Assembly (NCBI GenBank): GCA_043228905.1 | Contig: JBHGNT010000004.1 | Span: 25,296,001 to 25,360,000, forward strand | Reading direction: 5' to 3' | DNA from: Azolla caroliniana | Lineage: Eukaryota; Plantae; Polypodiophyta | Length of the DNA stretch: 64,000 nt | Shown: one piece after another, positions 12,735 to 24,300 of the stretch | How positions within the stretch are numbered: position 1 is the stretch's first letter | Layout of the letters: every line of letters starts with the position of its first letter | Translations under genes and position numbers: made by a program | The notes under the pieces: model-generated | The model's input: the letters and a program-made list of their open reading frames with translations, nothing else | What the model was told of the DNA's origin: nothing | The model's database searches: none

Positions 12735-15700
12735 GATTCATTGGCTATGGAGGTTCTGAAGTTAGATGTTTGGACATGGTTGCATGGGAATGATCCAGGT
12801 TTTACTTTTCAATCCGCTCAACATAGACAAACATAGAGTCGGTTAGATAGAATGTATGTGATGCACAATGATTCTTTTTTAGCGACATCACTTTCCTATT
12901 TGTTTGGAGGTTTGTAATCATGCAATTGACATGTATAAATCCTTACTGGAAAGCCTCCATTATGCTTTACCTCTTCTCTTTTGCTTCAACCTCACTTTGA
13001 TTCTCTCATGGAGCAAATTTTGGTAAATTTTTCACAAGAAGTGAATCTTAATGGAGTTAAAGCATGGGATATCACGTTACGAAACATTAAGATCATTCAT
13101 CATATGTATGGAGTAACTAATGCTCAATGAAGAAGAGGTCTTCTTCGACAATTCTCACAAGTTCTCTCCAAGTGTAATGCATTATTGATAAATGCACCAT
13201 TAGATGAGGAGCTTTTGGATATCCAAAGTCAATTGCATGTTATTATTTCTCATTTGCAATGCCAAAGTTATAATTATGCGAAGATGCGACAATTGAGGGA
13301 TGGGCTCAAAGATAATCAATGTCAATCTCATTTGTTTTGTCAAGCATTACATCCTACTTATGCTCGATCTAATGCGGTACATTTGAAGCAAGGGGATGAA
13401 TGGATAGTGGATCCTATTACAATAATTGACATATGTGTTCATTACTTTAAAGAGTTGATTGGCCCACAATTGTTAATGACAAATGAGGTGAGTAGAGCAC
13501 GTCATGAGTTTTATGATGTGGTTGGATGTATTGTGCATGACCTCATTAGTCATGAATTGGATGCAGATTTCACCGTGGATGAGGTGGACACAGTTTTAAG
13601 GCATCTTCCTAGTGGTAAGAGCCCTAGTTGGGATGGCTTGACAAATGAAGTTTTTAAGCGATATTCGAACATTTTAAAGGGGCCCTTAACTTTGATGTTT
13701 CAATATTCTTGGGATTCTAGTCATATGCCTCAAGCTTGAAAGGTTGGTCTAATTAAATTAGTTCCAAAGGTGGCATCTCCCAAGTCATTTCATCAATGGA
13801 GACCTATTTCTTTGATGGGGGGGTTGTATAAGATATTTACAAATGTTTTGACAAATAGATTACAAAAGTATTTGCCAAAGTTGATACATCCCGCCCAATA
13901 TGGTTTTATTGCATAATGTGTTGAATGTTCAAATAGCCATGGATTATGCTTGAAACACTCATCAAGAATTGATTATGGTGCAATTAGATTTGGAGAAAGT
14001 TTATGATCATGTTAATTGGTCCTTTGTTTCTGGGTTTGTATGTCTCGCTTTGGGCATACAATGGACTTTGGACCTCGTATGTCTCGCTTCATATTTTTAT
14101 TAGGACAAGATGGAATGTCTCGAGTAATGCTTTATGGGGGAGTTACATCAGATATTGCCCTCACAAGATCCATTCGTCAAGGATGCCCTCTTAGCCCATT
14201 GTTGTATGCTATTGTTACTCATCCCTTGTTAGTGATGTTATCAAGGCTTGCAACAAATGGTGACATTATGGGTCTACACCTTTTGTCTAGAGGACAACTA
14301 GTAGCACAAGCTTTGGCTGATGATTCTTTCATGTTTCTACAAGCCTCACGAGAGAATCTTGAGAAGGCGATGCTTGTATGCCACCAATTTGCATTGGCTT
14401 CCAGATTACATATTAATTGGAGGAAGTCTAGTCTCATATCATGTATTGAAAGGGATTTGGAATGTTTAGGAGGGCAAGGATTTGTGGTGAAGAAAGACAC
14501 TATTTTTCGACACTTGGGCTTTCCATTAGGAATGAATGTTACAAATGGTCTACACCTTTTGTCTGGAGGACAACTAGTAACACAAGCTTTGGCTGATGAT
14601 TCTTTCATGTTTCTGCAAGCCTCACGAGAGAACCTTAAGAAGGGGATGCTTGTATGCAACCAATTTGCATTGGCTTCCAGATTACATATTAATTGGAGGA
14701 AGTCTAGTCTCATATCATGTATTGAAAGGGATTTGGAATGTTTAGGATGGCAAGGATCTGTGGTGAAGAAAGACGCTATTTTTCGACACTTGGGCTATCC
14801 ATTAGGAATGAATGTTACAAATGGTCAATTGATTGAATGGATGTCTAGTAAGTTGAGGGATAAGTTCATGTATTGGAAGTCATAATCTTGGCCCTTTCAT
14901 GTATGCATGAAGGTTGTACAATGTATTATGGAACCCATGATATTATATTACTTGTTATTGTTGCCATGGACAACAAAGGCTTTGCATTCTATTTTGCAAC
15001 CTCTTCGATATTTGTTGTGGAAGAAGAGGGATACGATGCGAATCACTTGGGTTGGGTGGAATCATCTAGCAATCCCTAAACACTTGAGGGGAATTGGAAT
15101 ATTGAACTTATATAAGCATATGATAGCTCGTAAATTTTCATTATTACAAGACGAGTGTTCAAACTCACAACCATGGATATCATTGTTCAATATTTCATTG
15201 AGAACAAGGGTTTAACACATGGGAGGACAACGATTAAGGCTTCATGGTGGTGATTACTGAATGGATGTATTTCACTTAGGATTCTGGGCTCTATATGTGT
15301 TCAACACTTGGTTACCTCATGGCAAGAAGCACTATTGTTATGTGTATGGAAACCATCATCTAGTAAAGAGCATTGTAATTCTTTGCAAAAAGAGTTGCTT
15401 GTGTCTTCTCAGTTATTATATTGGCCAGGAAAGGAGAGATTGTGCTCTCAATTTAATTGTTTGTTTTGTTTGGGGGTCAAAGAGGTGGGAGATATAGTTG
15501 AGGCTTCATCTCAAAGAATTTTGGAGTTTGTTGAAGCGCAACTATTATTACGCATTTCGCCTAATTATGGGTTTATTTGGCAACAACTACAAAATATTCC
15601 ATTGATGCAAGGTCCCTTACCTCTACAAACAAAAGAACAATCGTGGATTAATTGGTGTTTAAAGGGTCAAACGTCTTTGTTACAAGTGACTACTAATCTT

Positions 15701-16415
15701 TTGTATCATTGCTCTGTTGAGTCTCTTGGATGGTTATGATCTAAGGCTGAAGAAGAATGGAGAATACACAAATCTGATCATGGTTGGTGGCAGATCTTAG
15801 AACGTAGTTGGCATTCTAAATTGCCACTTGTAGCAAAGATCTTCATTTGGAGAGTTTTGATTGGAGGATTGCCTTTGGGATTAGCTCTAAAGAGTCGTGG
15901 ACTAGCAACGGGTAATTGCTTTTTTTGCATTGTTCAAATGGAAGATAGTACTCATCGATTTATACAATGTCTGATCACTTGTCAGATTTAGAGTTACATT
16001 TCTCAAATTTGGCAAGTCTTATCACGGTGTTATTTGACACCTAGACAGTGGGTGTTTGCACAATTTACACAGGTTGACCCAAAATCAGAGATGGATATCG
16101 TTTTTTTATTTCTGAGATATTGGGGATTGCATCATAATTGGAATATGTGCAACACTTTTGTATTCGATGGTAAACATGGAGTGAAAGCATATCTACGAAA
16201 GTTGAAGGGAATACTAATGTGGCAATTTTCTTTATTGGAGCAAGTGGAAATTCTTTCCTCGGTGGAGTGTTCGTCTTGCCTATTGGCAATTCAACATGTT
16301 CCACTACCCACGTAGTGTAGTTAGTAGGTGACCATACACCATTGTCACACCCATTATAAGTAGTGTTTTTTACACACATTTATTAATATAATTGTGTGTT
16401 TTCACCCAAAAAAAA
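12735..16415 (+). mobile_element. LINE ORF2 remnant (endonuclease C-terminus, RT, zf-RVT) with 3' UTR and short poly(A)
   Basis: RLDRMYV, KSPSWDGL, WRPISL, DLEKVYDHVNW, SIRQGCPLSPLLY, ADDS, CFFC…EDSTHRFIQC. Oligo-A near 16408-16415 followed by GA-rich sequence. Multiple stops. Confidence 0.88.
14271..14822 (+). repeat. 276-bp in-frame tandem duplication in LINE RT
   Basis: GLHLLS…ALADDSFMFL…LGMNVTN is encoded twice, with units starting at 14271 and 14547. Confidence 0.95.
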
Positions 16416-16627
16416 CACCTAAGAGGAGGGAGAGAGAGAGGGAGGGAGGGAGCTTGTATACTACATAATGGATCGTCTAAGTGAGTGAGTGAGTGAGAGA
16501 GAGAGAGGGAGGTTTCCAAGCTGGTTTAGGGATCGGTTTGGTTTGGTTTGGTTTGGTTCAGGTTTGAGAACCCCAAAACGGTTTAGGTTTAACCGGTTTG
16601 GCTTGCCAGCCGATTCCTATGTGTCAC

Positions 16628-17240
16628 TAGGAAGTGGTTGAGTTTTTGCCCATGAAGAGGTTGTATAAAACGTAATATTGTTATTCCTCATAAGCATGTC
16701 TTATTTGGCACGTTAGGGTTCTCATTTGCTTGCTATCTATTTGCTGTGTAACCCTCCCCAAGGCTTACATTTGTACGATGTTGCTGATACATGCCAACAA
16801 TTTTGGGAGTGTTCCTAGGAATGTGGCATTTTGATGGTTTGTGGTAAGGAAAACTATTGATGGTGGAATTATGGAGTATGATAGAGAGTTGGCAGCTGAG
16901 GACATCGAGGGTTGTGTTTCGATCTAGATGGTTTGAGTCCTTGTTGGACATGTTGGCTTTAAGTTTCTGCTAGTTCATGGGCGAGCTTGTTGAAGAGGTT
17001 GAAGTTGGTGGTGTGTTGCTGGTGAAGGTTTGGTCACCAATCAGACAGGGTGTGATAGCAAAGAAGTTTTGATGGTTTGCATAGCATCCCTTGTCTCGAC
17101 GATATAAACTATGCTCACTTTGTCTCCTAGTGGAAAACATGTAAGACCACTAGAATTTGGCCATGAGTTCATCCTGATGTAGACAGATAACTAGGTGGTA
17201 TTGAGACCCTAGTGGTAATGGATGTTTGCCATATCTTGTG
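16628..17240 (-). mobile_element. 5' (endonuclease-side) continuation of the RTE-like LINE interrupted at 5291
   Basis: Same strand and composition (GT-rich on +) as 3760-5290 and joined to it by the shared 8-bp TSD. Degenerate coding remnants. Confidence 0.55.
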
Positions 17241-17514
17241 TTGGATGATCCTAATATTTTTTTAACAGAAAATATAACTATATATTTTCTACAACTGAAA
17301 AATATAACTATATATTTGTTTTAACTGAAAATATAACTATATTGTAACCTTGAATACAGTTCCCCCAGTTATTAAGCATCATTACTTCATAATGTGTAGA
17401 TACTTTTATTTGTAGTTTAAAGTCTAGCTTATGATTTTACAGATTAGATATATTTATTTTCATGGGTTGTCTGATGTTCCATATTTCTTTTGTGGCGGTT
17501 ATGATGTGTTTCAG

Positions 17515-18794
17515 GTAGTCATTTATTCTCCAGCCCGATCAGCATCACAACAAGGTTCAGCTAATACTGGAAAATGGAAAATAAATTTCCTCTCCACAGA
17601 TAAGTATGTTCCAGTATTCTTCCAACATTTATTTCGAAATCATAAATGTCCTTGGTTTAGTTCATTTCTTCATCATGCTATATATGCTGTGATTAATATT
17701 TGAGCAATTTTTTTTCTCTATTAAATAATACATGATTAAGATAAAGACCTTATATGAAATGGTTGTATCATTCTGTCGTGTTTGATGATGTTGTTGTATG
17801 TGTGTACACCTTTAATTTGTCTGATTCATATGTGTGTTTGATGATGTTGAATGGATATAGATGGGAAAATCCCCTGATGGGTTGGACATCAACTGGAGAT
17901 CCTTACGCAAATTTGGGAGACCACACTCTTAGCTTTGATAGTAAAGAGGCAGCAGTCGATTTTGTTCAGAAGCATGGCTGGAATTTCTCGGTAATACAAA
18001 ATTGCAGCTTTTTGTAATTTTTTTCCATCTTTATTCTTTTCCTTTATTTCTGTTATGAAATTGACTTAAGTTTAACAGAAACTCTCTTTGTAGGATATGA
18101 GATCTGACAAGATACTTGTTTCTGCTCATTTGAATTTGTTTTTATTTTCATTTGTTGCTAAATATTTTCGTATACAGGTCAAGGAACCACACAAGCCCAT
18201 CATTAAGGTATGTTCTACATCAATAAAGCTTCATTAACATTTATTTTGATTCAATAAGGTCTCTTTGTCTCCTTCTTTTCATGATTGTGTAAACTATGAA
18301 ACAATCAAAAGCTTGGAAAGGCATCACATGAATTTTATCATTACACTTATGCAGTAGTGAAATTTGGATCAATCTTTCATTGTCCAACCATACCAATGGT
18401 ATCTATTGGCTCGCAATTGGGTAGCTAAATGCATGTTAAATTTATGAGCCCTTTTTCTTCATGAAGGTATTTTATGGTTGGTTTGGTGGTTATATGAACT
18501 TTGAAGTTGCCAATAGTATCCTGTCCCTACTAACTAGAGTTACTTCATTTCTAGTAAGATTTGTCCTCGGTTGCCAATCTAATCCTGTCTCTGCCAAAAT
18601 CCCTGTACATTTTTTATGTTCTTGTTTTCTTGTAGTTTTCTACTGTTCAATGCATGACAAAAGCTTGCTTGTTGATTTTATTTCTTTCCCCATTTTTAAT
18701 GATGTTTGTCACTTTTCTTTTATTTTTGGTGCAGCCCAAATCATACTCCGACAACTTCAAGTACAAAGGACCTCCGAATGCTGAGGAAAATTAG
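17515..18794 (+). CDS. NDUFS4: Mitochondrial complex I 18-kDa subunit (NDUFS4/FRO1), last four exons: 17515-17603, 17861-17990, 18178-18207, 18735-18794; 5' exon not found
   Basis: Spliced translation [50 protein letters not shown]…[40 protein letters not shown] introns with consistent phases. Confidence 0.95.
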
Positions 18795-19336
18795 AGGAAG
18801 AAAAGGTTATCTTTTTCAGTTTCAACAAACCAAATCAACCATATGATAACAATTTGTTAGTGACTTTAAATAAGTTGGCATTTAGAAGTCTCTTAAATGT
18901 GAACTTCATTCTAACCTTTGGCAAAGTCCATATTAAATTCTGAGTTGGATAAGAATGTATATGTGCATTTGTCTAAATGGGTAATCAAGTTGCATCCTCA
19001 TTATTACTAGGTGCTGAGATTCAATATTATTTTTTGTTTACCCATTATTTTTTGTATGATGCTACCTTTTAACTCTTGAACAAGCAATGTGGTTTTTAGA
19101 TATGCATTTTTATTTTGTGCTATGATAGCACATGTGTTGTAAAAAACATTACAAATTAGTATTCTTTTGTGGAAAATGAGAAAAAAATGTTTTTTATCTC
19201 AACTTGATTCTTCATCATAACAAAACAGGCTAGTTGACAACCAAAGATCATATGCCCGAAAGGGGATGGTAAGGGTTTACAGTCTCATTTTATATTCATG
19301 ATTTAGTGTTTGCTTGCTCACACTTGCACCGAAAGT

Positions 19337-19410
19337 TGTGAAACTTAATGTAAAGAAACGGAGAGAGTGTAGGTGTTCTTGTGCAGTAGAAGAAAATTGT
19401 GTATGTGTGT

Positions 19411-19454
<44 letters not shown>

Positions 19455-19780
19455 AAGAAGCTATATTACAAAATATTAAATATACATCCAACAATCAATT
19501 ACCAACTAACTTGCCCTTTCTACTATTTACAAAACTAGCTCGAATCTAGAGTGTTTGTTGCTAGTGTGAAAGTCATTGCATTGGGGAAGTTGGCTTTGAT
19601 TCTTAACACACCCCTTTTAACACAACTTCTGGTCGTCGAAAGTCATCTTGGCATTTGGTTCATTTCGGCTTTCTGAATTCCTCGGTTATCCGGATGGTCA
19701 ATTGGATCGATTGTGATTGTTCTCCTTCGTTCTACTACTTGGTGCTCCTTGTTCAGTTAGCCTAGTTTGTTTGACTTTCT
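19337..19780 (-). mobile_element. Copia 3' UTR + PPT + LTR fragment in inverted orientation
   Basis: Minus strand AAAAGGGGTG|TGTTAAGAATCAAAGCCAAC (LTR start 19608) resembles GAGGGGGCG|TGTTGAGAATCAAGCTCAAC at 27339. Left boundary approximate. Confidence 0.6.
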
Positions 19781-21136
19781 GCTTCGACCCAAAAACCGCT
19801 AAAATAGAGATAGAAGCCGAAGATCGGCTCATGCACATGTACGAAGAAAGCCCGATTATGACAAGGCTTAGTGGCCCACAAGAGCCTCCTCGCGATCAAA
19901 GCACATCTTGGTCGAGTTCGAAGCTGGACAAAGGGAAGGCGAAAATGTCAGAGTATGAAGACGATCACTTCAACGGCAATGAATCGACCCACTCCCTCGA
20001 TAGTGAGTTTGAAGGCCTTGACATCCAGACAAATGGAGCAAAGAAAGCCTTAGTATCTGCAAACGAGAAGCTCCACAATCCACCCGTGAAAAGAACACAG
20101 TAAGCCGATTTGGGTACAACGATTATATGGCGTACCATTACGCCTTTATGATGAAGGTAGCGACAGTATGGGAGTCGGAAACGTTTTCTGAAGCCGTGAA
20201 GGACCCCAAATGGGTTGAAGCGATGAATGAGGAGATGCAAGCACTCTCCAAAAACAAGACATGGGATCTTGTCCCCCACTCACCGCACAAGAAGGCGATC
20301 GGTTGCAGACGGATCTACAAGGTGAAGTATAACGTTGATGGCTCTGTAAACCGCTACAAAGCTCAACGCGTAGCGAAAGGATACGCACAGACGCATGAAG
20401 TCGACTATGCATGAAGAGACATTTGCCCCAGTGGCAAAGATGACGACTATGCAGACCATGATCGCACTCGTAGTGATGAAAGGTTGACACCTCCACCAAA
20501 TGGACGTCAAGATCGTCTTTCTTCAAGGCGAATTAGAAGAGGAAGTGTACATGGTACAACCACCCGGCTTTGAATCGCATACTCATTCGAAAGTTGTGTG
20601 CCAACTCAAGAAGCCACTCTACGGCCTCAAGCAAGCACCGCGTGCTTGGCATTCGAAGATTACGCAATATCTGTTAAACACAGTGCTCGGCCACAACCGA
20701 GGAATAGGATCAACTCACAGAAAACAAAGTGCACGAAGACAATAGAGAGAAGGGTACACAGGATGTTTTACGTGGAAAACCCTAAATGGGAAAAACCACG
20801 GGAGTCCTCACACTCCAACTATCACTATAAACAGAGATGTACAATGGTGAAGCTACAAGGCAACAACCTTGAGCTCACTGTCTTCGCCTCAGTCGGCGGT
20901 AATGCACAGAGGCAACGACCTCTTCGTCTCTCTCCCTCTCTCTCTCTCTCGGCTGCTCTCTTCACTCCCTCTAAGTGAAAACAGAAAAATATGAGCAACA
21001 ACCTAAAACTGTTTGCCCTAAGTCATATTTATACACATATGACTTTCGAGCTATTTACAAATATAGCCTCAAGGGCCCTTGGCAAACATATTCACAAATA
21101 TGTCCCCGCATCCGGATCTCTCTCCGGGTACATTCG

Positions 21137-21305
21137 TCATCCGGCTCCGTAGCCGGGGTCTTCATCATCCGGCTCCGTAACCGGGGTCTTCATCATCCGG
21201 CTCCGTAGCCGGGATCTTCATCATCCAGCTCCGTAGCCGGGGTCTTCATCATCCGGCTCCGTAGCCGGGGTCTTCATCATTCGGGTCTGTAACCGGGGTC
21301 TTCAT
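21137..21305. repeat. About 6 x 28-bp tandem repeat in LTR (second copy near 25932-26100)
   Basis: Unit TCATCCGGCTCCGTAGCCGGGGTCTTCA. Confidence 0.92.
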
Positions 21306-21368
21306 TCCCGATTCCCGGACATCCGACCATCCCATCCGGAGGGACCGTAATCCCAACAAACTCCCCCT

Positions 21369-24300
21369 TCACTTCGGCATGGGATGTCTTTCCAGTCCGA
21401 CCCTCTTCCGGCATGCTTCCAGCTTGTCGGGTGTGAGCACTTTGGTCAGCATATCTGACCCGTTCTCTTCCGTGTGGATCTTCGTCAGCACGAACTCCTG
21501 GTCTTCTATCCTTTCCCGGATCCAGTGATATCTTCGCTGGATGTGCTTCGTCCGGGAGTGATAGGCCGCGTTCTTCGCAAGGTGGATGGCACTCTGACTG
21601 TCGCAGTAGAGTCGGTACTCCTCTTGCCGGATACCGAGCTCTCTAATGAAGTCCTTCATCCATATTATTTCCTTGCCGGCTTCAACAGCCGCCATGTACT
21701 CCGCCTCCGTGGTTGACAACGCAACCGTCTTCTGCAGCCTCGACTGCCACGAAACAGCTCCCCCTGCATACGTCATCACATACCCTGATGTGGACCGGCT
21801 GGTATCTTCATCAGCCGACATATCCGAATCGGTAAAGCCGTCGAGTTCGGGCTTACCGGAGCCGAATCGGAGGCACACGTTTGCCGTGCCCTTCAGGTAT
21901 CGGAGTATCCACTTGACCGCGTTCCAGTGCTCTTTGCCGGGATTGCTCATGTACCGGCTCACCACTCCAACTGCATATCCTATGTCCGGTCTTGTACACA
22001 CCATTGCGTACATCAAGCTTCCGACGGCAGAGGCATATGGTACTTTCATCATGTCCTCCTTCTCAGCCTTTGTCTTGGGGCTTTGCTTGCTGGACAACTT
22101 GCAGTTTGCCGGGAGGGTTGACCCGACCGGTCTTGCTTCCGACATGTTGAACCGGTGAAGCACCTTTGTCACGTACTTCTCCTGTGACAACCACAACTGC
22201 TTCTTCTTCCGGTCCCGGATGATGTGCATCCCTAGTATTTGCCTCGCCGGACCCAGGTCCTTCATTGAGAAGGTTCGGTGAAGCGCTTTCTTCAGCGTCC
22301 GTATCTTGACCTGGTCCCGTCCGATGATCAACATGTCGTCCACGTATAGGAGGAGTATTAGAAAGTCTCCTCCTTCGAACTTCTTCACAAACACGCAGTG
22401 ATCGGACTGCGTTTTGTGGTACCCTTCGTCGGTCATGAAGGAGTCGAACTTCCGGTACCATTGCCGGGGAGCCTGCTTCAGTCCGTAAAGGCTCTTCTTC
22501 AACCGGCATACCAGGTGCTCCTTCCCTTTCTTCTCGAATCCTTCCGGTTGCTGCATGTAGATCTCTTCTTCGAGGTCACCGTGAAGGAATGCCGTCTTCA
22601 CGTCCATCTGTTCTACCTCGAGGTCCATGCTTGCCGCTATGCTCAGCACCGTCCGGATGGAGGTCATCTTCACTACCGGGGCAAATATCTCGTCGAAATC
22701 GACGCCCTTCTTCTGCTGGAACCCCTTCACCACGATCCTGGCTTTGTATCTCAGGGGTTTTCCGGCATCTCCCAGTTTCAGCTTAAACACCCACTTGTTC
22801 CGAAGTGCCCGCTTTCCTTTCGGCAACTCCACAAGTTCATATGTGTGGTTCTCATGCAGGGAATCCATCTCCTCCTGCATGGCACTTAACCACCTGCGGC
22901 TATGGGTGTCAAGCTTTGCTTCTTCAAAACTCTCCGGCTCCCCCTCGTCGGTTAGCAGCACGTGCTCTGGTTCCGGAAATCTCCGGGGGGCCCTTCTCTC
23001 TCTTAGAGGATATCTCCGTTCCGGAGCTTCGGTAACCGGCCCTTCCGTTTCCTCTTCATCCGAATCCATTTCGGGATCGGGGCCGATTCCGGTATCAGTT
23101 TCATCTTCCTCGGCCGGTTTTGTTTCTTCACCGTCTTCGGCCGGATCCTCGAGTGCTAACCGGTCCCTTGCCGGTCGGGACTGCTCTTCGTAGAGTTGAT
23201 TCTCACCGGTCGACTTGGAGCTCTTCATCTTCTTCTCCGACTCCCAGTCGGCGAGTGTCTTGTCCTCCATGAAGATGATATCTCGACTCCTGAATATCTT
23301 CTTGTCGACCGGGTCCCATACTCGGTAGCCGAACTCGTCGTCGCCGTAACCGAGGAATATGCATGGCCGAGTCTTTGGATCTAGCTTTCCTCTCCGGTCC
23401 TTTGCCACATGCACATATGCGAGACACCCGAACACCTTCAGATGCCGGTAGGATACTTCCCTACCGGTCCACACTCTTTGCGGCGTGTCTCCGTCCAAAG
23501 GTACTGAGGGTGATCTGTTTATCACGTATGTCGTCGTCGACATTGCCTCAGCCCAAAACCCCTTGGGTAATTTGGCATGCGCCAGCATACTCCGGACCCT
23601 CTCCATTATGGTCCGGTTCATCCTCTCGGCCAGCCCGTTCAGTTCCGGCGTCTTCGGCACAGTAAACTCAAGCCAGATTCCCTTCGAGCGACAATACTCC
23701 GCGAACTGCCCCCGGTATTCCCCTCCGTTATCCGCTCGTATCGCTTTCAGCTTCTTGCCGGATTCCCTTTCCACTCTCGCGTGGAGTTCTTTGAAGACGC
23801 ACAACACTTGGTCCTTTGTCTTCAACGGTGCCGTCCACAGCTTCCGGCTGTGGTCATCAATGAATGTCACGAAGTACTGGGCTCCGCCATGTGACTTCGT
23901 TTCTACTTGACACACGTCAGTGTGCACCAACTCCAATGGTGCGCTACGTCTCGTCGGTGGCCTTGAGTGGAAGGAGGCTCGGTTCTGCTTACCGGCCAGG
24001 CAATCGGTGCACTTCTCCAGATGCACATGCTTCACTGGAATAAGGTTGTCTTCTGCAAGCCTCTTCATCCCCTTCTCGCTCATGTGGCACAGTCTCTTGT
24101 GCCACAGCTCACCGGCAGTGTCAGCTGCCACGTTCAGCTCCTCCGGACATAGCCAGGAATTCATCAGGTACAGTGTGTTGACCTTCCGGGCCCGAGCCAC
24201 TATCAGGCTCCCTTTGCTGAACTTCATGACACCGTTCCGGATGCTACCCGTGTAGCCTTCATCGTCTAGCCTCCCGGCCGAAATCAGGTTCAATCGAACC

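Larger units (their letters stand above)
5299..16619. mobile_element. hAT-type non-autonomous element expanded by nested retroelements
   Basis: TIRs TAGGGATCGGC… (5299) and …GCCGATTCCTA (16619). 8-bp TSD TGTGTCGC (5291-5298) / TGTGTCAC (16620-16627). Subterminal GGCTC/GGTTT/AAACC repeats at both ends. Confidence 0.8.
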
